From NCBI RefSeq assembly GCF_041146345.1, contig NW_027191406.1, positions 248,001 through 312,000 on the forward strand: DNA of 64,000 bases. The letters are read 5' to 3'. Source of the DNA: Neodothiora populina (taxonomy: Eukaryota). Every line of letters begins with the position of its first letter. Within the stretch, counting starts at the first letter, position 1. Under the pieces are notes generated by a model. That model was not told the DNA's origin. It did no database searches and worked only from the letters and a program-made list of their open reading frames with translations. The position numbers were made by a program, and so were the translations under genes. This document shows, one piece after another, positions 1 to 11,850 of this stretch.

Positions 1-1953
1 CAGCTTGTCAATCTTACGCTGTCTGTCTTCGCGCGATGATTGAGCATCTTCAGACAGCTTGGACAGAACGGTGATGAACTCTCCTTGTCGAAGCAGCGTC
101 TTCCGTCGCGCTTGGCCCTCTGCCGTCTTCTCGAGTTCTTGCATGAAGTCATAGGACACACGTGCGTACAGCTTGCGATAGGCTACAGCCTGCGGGTCGA
201 GACTCGAGCGGTCGTCGAGCTCAACCATCAGATACCAGTGCAGGTAGTTACCGAGCAAGATATTGGCTGCAGAGCGCGAGATCAGGAAGGCAGCGAGAGA
301 AGAGTCCGAGTACTCGGGATTGTCGGACGTGGCATCTGGCTCGAACTTGAGTGCTTGGACGAGTTGCAGCAAGTACAACATCAGCTCCTGTTTTGTTGTC
401 AGTAAGGTTTATAGAGAGCCAAAGAAAGAAACCGACCTCGTCATCAGCCTTGCGTAGCCGGTCAACAGCATATGCACGAACATCAGGATTAGTAAAGTTG
501 GGAGCAAGCAACTCCAAAGCGTCGTCGGTGTCAATCTCCTCCCACTTAGGAAGCAGTTGTATGACCTGTTTGACTTCATTGGGGTCGGTCCACGACGTCG
601 ATTTGATCAGTTTCGTCAGAGCACGCTTGTCTCTGGTGAGGTAATGCCTGAATTTGAATATCTTGTCCTTCTCCTCGGCACTGAGCTCGGCGGTGGGACC
701 ATAAGACATGATTGCGTTCAGCTGATCTCTGGTCTTTGGATTTGGCTTGAGATGTCTGTCGAGCATGCCGATGCGTTGATTCCTCACAAGACTTCTGTGC
801 TTGGTTTCTGCGGGGTTGTCGCTGAAGCCAACCTCGGGGTCGTATATGCGGATCAGGTGCGTGCCGTTGGGGTCACCATAGCCGGGAGTGTTGGTATCAA
901 TGCCGGCAGCGAAATGCACTTCGGGAGGAGGTTTCAGCCTCACGTCAGACGTCGGAGTGTTTCGTACTCTGATGTTAGAAAGTGGAGGCGGCGGGTATTC
1001 ATGGTCGGTGAACACAACAGGATGATCGAAACGGGGGAGATCAATATAGAGATAGAAGATGGCATTCCGGTCATCATCATCATCATCGTCGTCGTCGTCG
1101 TCGTCGTCAGGCGTCTGGCCATCAATACCCAGACCGGTGGCAGTATCGTCGTCAGCATTTGCAGCTTGCCCGAGCCGAGCTGGTTCCAGAGTGGAGGCGT
1201 GCCTCAGGTTTGTCCGCTCCATGCGTTCGATCTGCCTGAAGAGCATCTGGTCGAGCCACTTGTTGTCTGGAATCTCGCCCATCTCGTGTTTTTTGAGTAG
1301 TTCGCTCAGTCTTTCCAGCTCAGCCGCTCTCCGGCCATGTTTGTCATTCGCGTAGACGTGTTTCTCCTCCTGTCCGCGTCTCGGCTTCTTGGGAGCCCAA
1401 GGAGTGGTCGAGTCGCTGAAGCCGTCTGCAGGCTTATGTCTCCACAATCTACACTTCTGCCTGCCCTTTCTCAACGTGCCATCGTCGTCGAAAAGAGAGA
1501 TGGTCGTGCCCCCAAAGGGGATGTGGTGTCCTCGAGCGCCTTCATTTCCGACGGGCGACAGGTCCCAGACGGTCAGGGCCAGTTGGGCGTTGAGCGGAAC
1601 AAGCGAATAATTCACGGGCAGCTCGAGCCACTCATTCCACACTCGCGAGTTCTTGAATGTCCTGTATCGAGTCTGGGCGTGGACTGCTAGCGGTTTGCTG
1701 TCGGCGAATATCTGGGCAGTGACATAGACCTCGGATGTCGGACTCAGGTTGGATCCTCGATGGCGGAGTTCCGGCTTTCGCAGTAGCGTCGAATAAGGCA
1801 GTGGCTTCTCGTAGCCTTCCAGTCGTCCTCTATATCGTTGTCTCGAGTCAGCTCTGGAGTTGTCCATGTGGTGGTGATCGGAAATACAACCCACACCTTG
1901 ACGTTGACCCGCGTCTTGAGATCCGACGAACTGGCGAATGTGAAGCTGTCCAT
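1..1953 (-). CDS. VPS34: Class III phosphatidylinositol 3-kinase Vps34; 5' part only (C2 and helical PIK domains), runs off the window start
   Basis: Starts MDSFTFASSSDL. C2 domain WNEWLELPV...ALTVWDL...PFGGTT...LRKGRQK. Helical domain FRHYL...ALTK...ALELL...VRAYAVDRLRKADDE, then after an intron (~388-436) ELMLYLLQLVQALKFE. First intron ~1830-1896. Confidence 0.95.
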
Positions 1954-2548
1954 TTCTGCTTCTCTACCAAGTGGCCAGATACATGTCTAGTGGAGAGTCA
2001 CTTGTGTTTCCTACCGGACTCTGGAGTTGTGATGGGACGGTTATATCATATCATTCATGCATACGGTATAGGTATATGTGGCCCCTGCTTCGGAGATCGG
2101 AGTTGTGATAAGGCCTATCCTTATCGCTGGCTGCCTCGGCCCGTAGAAAACACACCAACCTTAAGCTATCTCAATCATTGGCAACATAGCTCGCTACCAA
2201 TCACCTAATTCAATACAATTCTTGCCAGAGCGCAAATCTCACTTTGTTCTCCTAGACGCGACTGAGTCAGTAGAGGATTTATCTACCTTTACGGTAGATA
2301 ATCCCATCAATCTCGAGGTAACACGCGTGAAAGTCGAAGCGCGTGACGCGCCCCGTGTTGGGGAAGTGACCTCATTGGCCAGGCAGACACCAGTAATTGC
2401 CTGTTTGTTACATTCACACTATTAGCAATTTTATCGTGCTCATCCATTAGTTGAGTGTGCCACTGTATGACCAATGAATAGGACATGAGCAGTCAAGGCC
2501 GTAACATCATCCCGAGTGCAAAAGTGAACGACCTGTTTCTCGTCAAAA

Positions 2549-4656
2549 ATGGCCGACTCATCTGCATATCATCGTCCTGACGAAGAAGAAGACGAAGAAG
2601 AGGTAGATGAGACCGTAAGCTGTTCACAATCTGTATCACAAATATTCAGACAAAGATGCTTACCGTCCATGCAAGGGCTACAAAACCGTCAAAGATGCCG
2701 TGCTCTTTGCCATCGATGTCAGCAAGACTATGCTCACAAAACCTCCCGAATCCAACTCTAAGAAGGCTGATCGGGAGACTCCCACCGTTGCCGCATTGAA
2801 ATGCGCGTATGCCTTGATGCAACAGCGCATCATTTCCAATCCCAACGACATGATGGGCATCCTCCTCTTTGGCACTGCCAAGTCTCGTTTCCAGGATGAA
2901 GACGAAAACAGTCGTGGCCTGTCCTATCCGCATTGCTATCTTCTGACCCCCTTGGAAGTACCGTCGGCTGCAGATGTCAAGCAACTCAGAAGTCTTGTCG
3001 AAGACGAAGAGGAAGCTCAAGACCTCCTACAGCCTTCGGACGAGGAAGTCTCCATGGCGAACTTGCTCTTCTGTGCCAATCAGATCTTCACTACCAAGGC
3101 TCCCAACTTCTCCTCGAGACGACTGTTCCTTGTTACAGATAATGACTCGCCACACACCGACGACAAATCGCTGAGATCGGCAGCGGCCGTCAGAGCAAAG
3201 GATCTGTATGATCTGGGTGTCGTGATAGAATTGTTCCCAATCTCCAGACCTGATCACGCTTTTGACCGATCCATCTTCTATAATGTTCGTGCTCCTCTGT
3301 TCGAATCAGGTCATTAATTGCTAACTCTGCCAGGATATCATATACAGTGCTACACCATCTGACCCCGAAGCACCCGCCCCGATCACCAAGGCCGCCAAGG
3401 CAGCTGCGAGTGGTGATGGCTTTACTCTCTTACAGTCTCTATTGTCAAACATCAACTCGAGAGCAGCGCCTCGACGAGCCTTGTTTTCCAATCTACCTTT
3501 CGAGATCGGTCCCGGTCTCAAAATCACAGTCAAAGGCTACATAATCTTCAAACGTCAACAACCGGCTCGAAGTTCATACATCTACCTGGAAGGTGAAAAG
3601 CCGCAAATCGCAGTCGGCTCATCTCTTTTCCAAGCAGAGGACACGGCGCGCACAGTGGAGAAAGCCGAGATTCGAAAAGCGTACAAATTTGGTGGCGAAA
3701 CCGTGACCTTCACTCCCGAAGAAATGCTGGAGATCCGCAACTTCGGTGACCCGGTCCTGCGAATCATCGGATTCAAGCCGATCGCTTCATTGCCGATATG
3801 GGCAAACTTCCGTCCGTCGACATTCATCTACCCCTCCGAGGAGGATGTAGTTGGAAGCACGAGAGTCTTCTCTGCTCTCTATCAAAAGTTGTTGAAAGAC
3901 GAGAAGATGGGACTTGCATGGTACATACCACGCAAGAATGCCACACCCACATTAGCAGCAATAATCCCGTCATCCGAAAGGCAAGACTCGGATGACGTCC
4001 AGGTCCTGCCTCCAGGTCTATGGATCCACCCGCTTCCATTCGCAGACGACGTACGCTCAATACCAGAACAATCAGTGATCCACGCGCCAGACGAACTGAT
4101 CGATCGAATGCGCATCATAATCCAACAACTCCAGTTACCCCATGGAGTGTACGACCCCCACAAATACCCGAACCCTTCCCTCCAATGGTTCTATCGCATC
4201 CTGCAAGCACTAGCGCTAGACGAAGATCTACCAGAACAAAAAGAAGACAAGACGATACCCAAATGGCGCCAGATCGACAAGCGAGCGGGCGAGTTCATCC
4301 TCGACTGGGGCCAGGATCTAGAGGACTGGTACAAAGTATGGCAGAAAGAAAATGCCGGACGACAAATCGCCACGAAACGAGGATCTGCCTCGAATAACAC
4401 CTTGACATCTAAAGCCGCAGCAACAGCAACACCCGCCGCGACAAAGAAACCGAAAATGGAGGGTAGTGGGGACAGCGGCGTCTCGGACGAGGAGATGCGT
4501 AAACGCTTCGAGCAAGACACGCTCGGCAAACTGACTGTTGCCATGCTCAAGTCTTTCTGCACGAGTAAGAAGATCAAGCTGCCGCCTGGAGCTAAGAAGG
4601 ATTTTATCGTCGAGGAGGTCACTGGGTGGTTTGAGAACAAGATGAATCTGGACTGA
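2549..4656 (+). CDS. KU70: Ku70 DNA end-binding subunit (vWA, Ku core, SAP); 3 exons
   Basis: [12 protein letters not shown]...[10 protein letters not shown] (vWA); [48 protein letters not shown]-terminal [15 protein letters not shown]. Introns ~2615-2675 and ~3285-3333. Confidence 0.96.
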
Positions 4657-5109
4657 GTTCAGGAAACATTGTCTCGACCGATTAGGGTTTCATGCACGGT
4701 TCTCTTCTTGCTTCCTTCATTGTATTTTATTAACAGACGAAGCGTGTGTTGTTCGCAGAAAGGCATCATGCATTTGTACTATGGTCTGATCACATCGGCG
4801 TTCCTGGCGAGGCGAAAAGGAGGAACAGGAGCTACTGTAGTTGTATGAGCGGTGTGCAGAGAGTGTCATGTCTCCGCGCCAGAGATACTGTATTCATCAC
4901 GAGACCGAAGGGTTACCCCAGTCATAAGTGCTCATCACGGGATCCTGGCGCCATGACAACAAGTTTGATAAATGTAGAGGCTGGTAGAAATTACTGAACA
5001 CCTCTTGGCAAGAAGAAAACCTCTTACCCCCCTCCACTTCTTCATCACAACGTTTCAACCACAGCCTCACGCCCCTTTCCTACTCAAGAATCAAACCACA
5101 GCGTCAAAA

Positions 5110-6738
5110 TCAAGACCACAACTGCGGCTTACTCGCACTACCGTATTTCGCCTGCCAAGCGAAGAAATACATCAACGCCGCCAACGGCTGGCCGACGAGA
5201 CAGAAAGAAACCCAGAAGATCAGATTTCCGATCAATTTGCCGTTGATGCCTTTCATCTTGGCCAGGGGGTCTGTTAGGAAGATCAGGGGGAGCTGGAACA
5301 TCATGCCTAGAAATGCGACTCCTGGAAAGAATGGAATACATTAGTAAAAGACGTGGGACCTGAGAAGATAGTACTTGTACGTACCGAGGATGTTATGCGT
5401 AGGCATACCGACGAGCAACTCGTGCAACACGCCAGAAAACAAAAAAGTGGTTATCTGCGCGACCAGGGGCGGCACGCCCCTGCCTACCATCGGTGAGTAT
5501 ATGTGTCGCTTCATGAAGTGGAAGACGGGCTTGTTCCAGCTCGACCAGTAGCCCCTGACGCCCGTCGTGTTCCACCAGTCGCCGTAGAACTCTCTGTCCG
5601 CGAACCGCATGACCTCCGACAGGCCGTTGAGGAAAGACTGGAATAGTGCGAAGAAGCCTGCGAGCCAGCAGAAGAGGGAGATGGTCGATAGCTTCATCAG
5701 ACGCTCGAGGATGTCGGGGATGTTGAGCGAGGAGATGCCTCCGAGAGAGTTCCGGAGCAGTGGAGCGGCGTATTGTGCGCTGGCGACCCAGATGACGATG
5801 CTGAGACCGAGGACCTCGAGACAGCGCTTGAACACAAAGTCCCAGCGGATGCGCTCGGTCCTTGGGTAGACGGGCTGGTAGACCAGTGTTGGTGCCCACC
5901 AGAAGTAAGTAAGATTGCGCAGAGTGATGTTCTTCGGGTAAGGGCAAGAGTTATATAACTCGGGCAGAGGCGCAGAGGCGTAGGGGTAGAGAAGCGCATG
6001 TCGTAGGTCTCGGTTCGTGAAGGCATATGAGCAAGTCTTGAGCCAGACGATGATGGCGTGCAGCTCGCAGAGCGTGCCAATGCCTGGATGGTGGATGTGA
6101 TAGTAGACTACATACGTCGCAATCACGAGGTTCAGTGTTGCATTAATACCGTGGGCGAAAGCGATGAGGTGCCAAGCTGCTCTGAAGGCGCGAAGCTCTT
6201 TGTATCTTTGGGTTGGGTCGTTCTCTGGTATGTCCTTCTTTTTCGTGCGCGACAAGGCGCCTTTGGCTTGTTGTGCGGCAACAAGCTCAATGATATATGC
6301 AACGAGAAGGTGACAGGGAACGAGGAAATAAAGAATACTGCCGTACACAACATCTTGCCTTCGATAATCGTGACAGCGAATACAGATCAACACGCCATAT
6401 TTCTTATAGTTTTCTATCATCAAGCGGAGGTTCGACACAACTGCATATCGATTGTGGTTAGTGGCGTTGAACACACTACGATAGGAAGAAAGATACTGAC
6501 TGATAACCAGAGCTCCCAAGTTTCTGAACCCGAGGAAACTGGGACTCGCCTTTGATTCGTGGCTCAAACATGATGTTTTAGAGACCGCATGCACGGCAAA
6601 CGTATGTCTGTATTTCTTGGGTGCTGTGTATGTAGGAGACGCCGCCGTCTTGCTTTCTTCTGTTGTTATTGATCCACGAGGAGCCATTGCAGGCAACTCG
6701 TGGCTCGTCACAGAAGCAATCTTCATTGACGATGCCAT
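5110..6738 (-). CDS. MBOAT acyltransferase, DGAT1 / sterol O-acyltransferase family
   Basis: YFWWAPTLVYQPVYPRT, the FYGDWWN (FYxDWWN) motif, catalytic His in SGVLHELL, and C-terminal GNLIFWVSFCLVGQPL. Introns near 6443-6501 and 5307-5382. Confidence 0.92.
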
Positions 6739-7481
6739 ACTAATAGCAGAAATGATTTTCTACTAATGCAGATTATTGCTCCCGTAGTAGTCGCAATGGT
6801 GCAGCAGATACCCCCTACCTCTCGGATTTAAGTAAATTAGATGTCCGTTGCAGTGAGACACGCACGAGCTGTGCAATGGCAAGTTCTTACAACTGTACAG
6901 TCTCGCAGAGAAATCGATGAATGGACCAAGAGCTCTAGTCCAACATGTTGAATTTGAACTTCCACAAGTGAGTGCTGTCGATGTCACTCAATGCTCTCGT
7001 GTATTCCTGCGGTTGAGCTCCCCACTTCCCCCAATGCTCCAACTTGCACAAAACGGTTCGGTTGTTGCATCCTGCCGGCGTTTTTCTTGGCCAAATCGGC
7101 CACTCGTCTTTCCCGACGCCCACTTCTTTCTCGCGAAACGGATCTCACGTATAGCGAGCGCCTTACAGTACATTGCTGTTATAGTAATGTATCGAAGTCA
7201 CTAAATCGCACGTCAACATTCGGCTATAATAATACTAATCTTGTGAACCGGGCATCGCACCAGTACGCGTACACGCGTCATTCTGAGCTGGGAGGAAGTG
7301 TCTTACAACACTTTTCAACCTATCCTGTTTTATATCTCTTCTGGCGCGAATCAATACAATCATTCCCTGGCTTATTGTCTTACTCACGGACAGACCAAAG
7401 GAAAGACGGGGCATCATAAGCTCCCTTGATTGGCGTGAACCAGTCCTGCTCTGTCCCTCATAGTCGGCGAGCACGCGAAAT

Positions 7482-9559
7482 ATGGATGGCCAATTCCAGA
7501 CAGATCATGGCCAGAACCATGAAGGTTTCAGAGCGAGAACGAGGATGTCGCGAAGTATGTGTAATTCTATATCTCAGTCTTACGAGTCGCTACTGGATAG
7601 CAACCTGTGTTATTGTGCATCATTAACATACTACAGGACCGGCTACGGATTACAGTTCAGCAATGGCTCAATGGGTCTTGAACAGGCGGCCTCAGAGCTG
7701 TGTCTACAATGGCTACGAGGCTGAAAGACCGAGTCCGAGCTACGTGATTGATGTATGTCAAATTTCTTTGTCTATGCGCGGTCATGTTGGCTCACCTGAC
7801 ATCCCACTCTTCGAGAATGTTACTAATAAACACCACTTAGATGCCTCCGCCTCCAGCTCGAAAGGCGAATGCAGTCGATTCGCTACCAGCGAAGCATCTC
7901 CACTCATCTCTCAACAAAATGCGACATCCAGTGAATATGGTCAAGTGGACACCCGAAGGACGACGCCTGCTTACTGGGTCCACCAGTGGCGAATTCACAT
8001 TGTGGAATGGAACTGCCTTTAACTTTGAGACCATCATGCAAGCTCACGACAGTGCCGTCCGAGCAGTGGCATACTCACATAGTAACGATTGGCTCATATC
8101 AGCCGAACAGGCTGGCATAGTCAAGTACTGGCAGCCAAACTTCAACAACGTCAAATCGATACAGGCTCATACCGATCCGGTCAGAGATTTGGCTTTTGCT
8201 CCCACAGACTCCAAATTCGTGACTGCTGCAGATGATGCAACTCTCAAGATCTTCGACTTCGCAGGCGGTGTCGAAGAATCTGTGCTTACTGGCCATCAGT
8301 GGGATGCCAAGTGTGTGGACTGGCACCCGACCAAAGGTCTGCTGGTCTCTGGTTCGAAAGATCATCAAGTCAAGCTCTGGGATCCGAGAACAGGTAGATG
8401 TCTGACGACCTTGCATGGTCACAAGAACACCGTGAGCAAAACACTGTTCGAGCCACAGCACGGTGTCCTACTAGCTTCGTGCGCTCGCGACTCTACGGCG
8501 AGAGTGTTTGATATACGCATGATGCGAGACGTCTTCTTACTGCGCGGACATGAAAAGGAAATCAGTACCTTGGCCTGGCACCCGATCCACTCCTCCATGT
8601 TGACCACCGGCGGTGCAGACGGTTCAATGAATCACTATTTACTTGACGAGCAGAATCTTCCAGCCGACGCTGCTCCTACACTATCGCCTTACGATGCACC
8701 GGACAGCATCGACGCTGCAGCTCAAACAATATATCCCGCACACAAAGTCTCATTCGCACATGATTTCGCCATTTGGAGCCTTGACTGGCATCCGCTTGGT
8801 CACATTCTAGCTTCTGGATCCAATGACCGTGCAACGCGGTTCTGGTCACGTCCCAAGCCTGGCGATAGCACATACAAGGACGATAGATGGCACATTGGTC
8901 AATCGGCGGCAGAAGCACAAGGCACCTGGAAACGCAGTGGAGACAGGAATGCACAGAATGAAGATGACGAAGCGGAAGACGAGGCAGAAGGCCTCGAAGA
9001 TCAGAAGATGCCATCGCGACAATCAATGTTGCCTGGACTGCCTGGTATTGGTGCAGCGCTGCCATCCTTCCCGGACGGTACCAGCACGGGCGGTGCGCAG
9101 CCATTATCACTACCAGGTCCCGGGGACTACGGCATGCCCGTACATCAGCACATGCCACCAAATCTACCTTTCCATGTCCCTCAGGGTGGCGGGCCTCCAG
9201 CACATCCTCCGGGTGTAGATTTGGAGAAGCTCAAGCAGATGTTCGGGGGCCAGCTTCCCGTCCCGCCGCCCATTCCGCCACAGGGTCAGAATGGGCCATC
9301 ATTCCCTCCGCCACCACTACCAGGTTTCTCCGGCGCACCGCCTCCACTACCAGGCATGATGCCTCCGGGTTTCGCACCGCCTCCAGGGTTCCCGATACCG
9401 CCTCCACCGGGCGGCCTTCCAGGCATGACACCAGGCATGACTCCCCAACAACAGCAACAGTTCATTCAGCAACAAAATCGGAGGAGGGCTCCGCTACCGA
9501 GCCAACAGGAAAGTCTACAGGAAGAAATGAAGAGGGGAAAATATACGAAGCCACGATGA
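7482..9559 (+). CDS. PFS2: Polyadenylation factor subunit Pfs2 / WDR33 (WD40 repeats, Pro/Gly/Gln-rich tail)
   Basis: Spliced N-terminus ...[63 protein letters not shown]. Two 5' introns (~7556-7636, ~7753-7840). Confidence 0.93.
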
Positions 9560-10333
9560 GCTAGCTGGCCGACGGATCCTCACTCGGATGGCAGGTGCAT
9601 AGTCGCGTAAGAGATCAATGTTTTGATACCCACTTTAGTGTTATGAGACGGAAATAATGAACAGAGGGTTTGACCCATTTCATTTGTCGCCAGTGGCTTT
9701 GAAACTAAGATGTCGTATTTGTTGAAATCATTGGGCCATGACGAGGAGCATAGTACCTTACCTCATTAAAGACGAGAATGATGCGATGGAACGCGGGGGC
9801 GGCCTGCAGAAGCCATGATTGGTGCGTGTTTTTTCTATAGTTGTTTGCCCTGCTTAGCTGCGAGATCCGCGACGACCAAGCAAGGGCGTAGGATTGTTTA
9901 TTTATTGCACAGTTCCTCGTGCAGCTATACAAGATTTTCCAATACCTTCCTCCTCCTCTTCATCTCTCATCTCTCTGTCCATATGAGTGTAGTGGGAACA
10001 CCTGTCATGGAGGAATTAATGCTCCATGCTCAGAAAGAACGGAGCAATTTTGCTCCGCACCGACTCGTTATCTGGAAAACCCTCGGCAAATCAGATATCC
10101 GGCGAACAATGGTTGCCCGTGTCTATTAGTTGTGTATTGACGCTTTTTGTCGAGGAAGCTGCCACCTATTACCCTACTCAAGCTACGGCATCTGTGTATA
10201 TAACAACATTACAAATCACCTTTTCGGTCCACCCAGTCCAATTGTCAAATCTTCCCAACTCAAACTGCTCCTATACTTCTTGTTCATCCGTATACACCAG
10301 AACCAGAAACAGAAGTCTATATACTACATCACA

Positions 10334-10913
10334 ATGGCCACTTTCACCGTCCAGCCCGAGTACGGGTAAGTCACGTCACCATCTATTCCATCTCCTCTAA
10401 CCATCCTCCTCTCTACCCTCCCAATCCCTCAGATCAAACTCCCCGGTTTCTAACCACCACCATAAAAACAGCTACGTCCTGCTCGCCGCGACCTCAACCT
10501 TCTTCATCGGCTTCTGGCACGGCGGCCGCTGCGGCTTCTTCCGCAAGGCCTGCATGCCCCTATCCAACTACCCAGCGCCCTACGCCGACAGCGCAATGCT
10601 GGCCTCTGCGTCCGAAGACGCGACTCTCAAGAAGAACCTGTACCTGTGGAACTGCGCGCAGCGCGCACACGGAAACTATAACGAGAACCAACCGTCCGTC
10701 GTCGCGGCCATGTTGATCGCGGGCCTCAAGTACCCTGTTGCATCGGCTGTTTGTGGTGCCGCGTGGGGATTGGGCAGGATCGCGTATGCGGTTGGTTATA
10801 CGAGGGCGGATAAGGAGGGTGGTAGGGGCCGGTTGATCGCTATGCCTATGTGGTTGTTCCAGATGGTGCTGTTTGGTATGAGCGGTGCTGTTGGCGTTGG
10901 TCTGCTCATGTAA
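10334..10913 (+). CDS. MAPEG family microsomal glutathione S-transferase 3-like protein
   Basis: MATFTVQPEYG, intron (gtaagt ~10367-10471), then YVLLAA...YPAPYA...NCAQRAHGNYNEN...GRIAYAVGY, which is the MGST3 signature. Confidence 0.9.
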
Positions 10914-11850
10914 GAGATGGAATGGGGGGAGAGAGGGATAGAGAGAGGGATAGAGATGTAGAAAAGTACAATTCATGCATGTCATTATCCGTATGATACG
11001 TTCTGGGCTTGCGATAGGATATGTGACAACCCCTGACTTGCTCAGACATGCACCGAGACAGCAAAGCTGCATCTGACAGCATTGCCTCATCACACCAGTA
11101 CCACGATGGCTCTCAGTCATCCAATCCTCGCACATCACTTCACCATTCTCACGATACAATCAAGAATTTGCCGGAATAAACTTTCCATTATATAGATGTA
11201 TCTACACACTCAAAGAAGGAACCATCCACCCGCGACACCAGTCATCGACCACACCCAAGTTCGACAGCCTCTACCAGAAAAGCGCAAGGTAGATCCAATA
11301 GAAGGAGTGGAGTGTCAACAGTCGCCCCCTGAACGTTAAAAATTTCTTGCTTGCTCTGCACAGTCAGGTCTGGCCAGCGACCCTGGAACTGCAATGGATT
11401 CTCTTGCTGTGGTATGTCTTGAAGATAGATTATGCTTTCCGATGTCCTCCAACGAATGACCGTCGTGCCGAAGAAACCCCAAACCCCCCGCTCTCGGATA
11501 GTTGTGGCTGCGCTTTGCCATGCCTACGCCGGCGCCGGCGCCTCCAACGCTGGACTTTGATGTTCTTTTGTGGAAAGAGCGATGGAAAGAAATGTTGACA
11601 GATATGGAAACAACATGAATGTCTGTGTGGTTTGGGGCTTGGTTCCTCGTTGCGCGGCCCTTTTTCTTTCTGTCGAGCCTTTTTCTTTCGACGCCCGCCC
11701 GCATGCACATGTATTCCTTTGGATTCGAAAAAGAAAGAAAATAGGTAAAGAACGCCGTGTTCATTTCTCATATAGACTCTTCATATGATCGACCGTATTG
11801 GCGCTGGGGTTTACCACACTAAGACTGCTTTTGATTTTGAGTCTGCAGCA

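Noticed and set aside
1070..1110. (GAC/GAT)n run in VPS34
   Set aside because: Ordinary poly-Asp microsatellite in a variable loop.
4681..4690. TTAGGGTT telomere/template-like word (similar words at 19652 and 40524)
   Set aside because: Single 7-9-mers, one inside a CDS, with no supporting structure; expected by chance.
11336..11788. ORFs between MGST3 and PSY2
   Set aside because: Low-complexity 3' UTR-like sequence with no recognisable coding signal.
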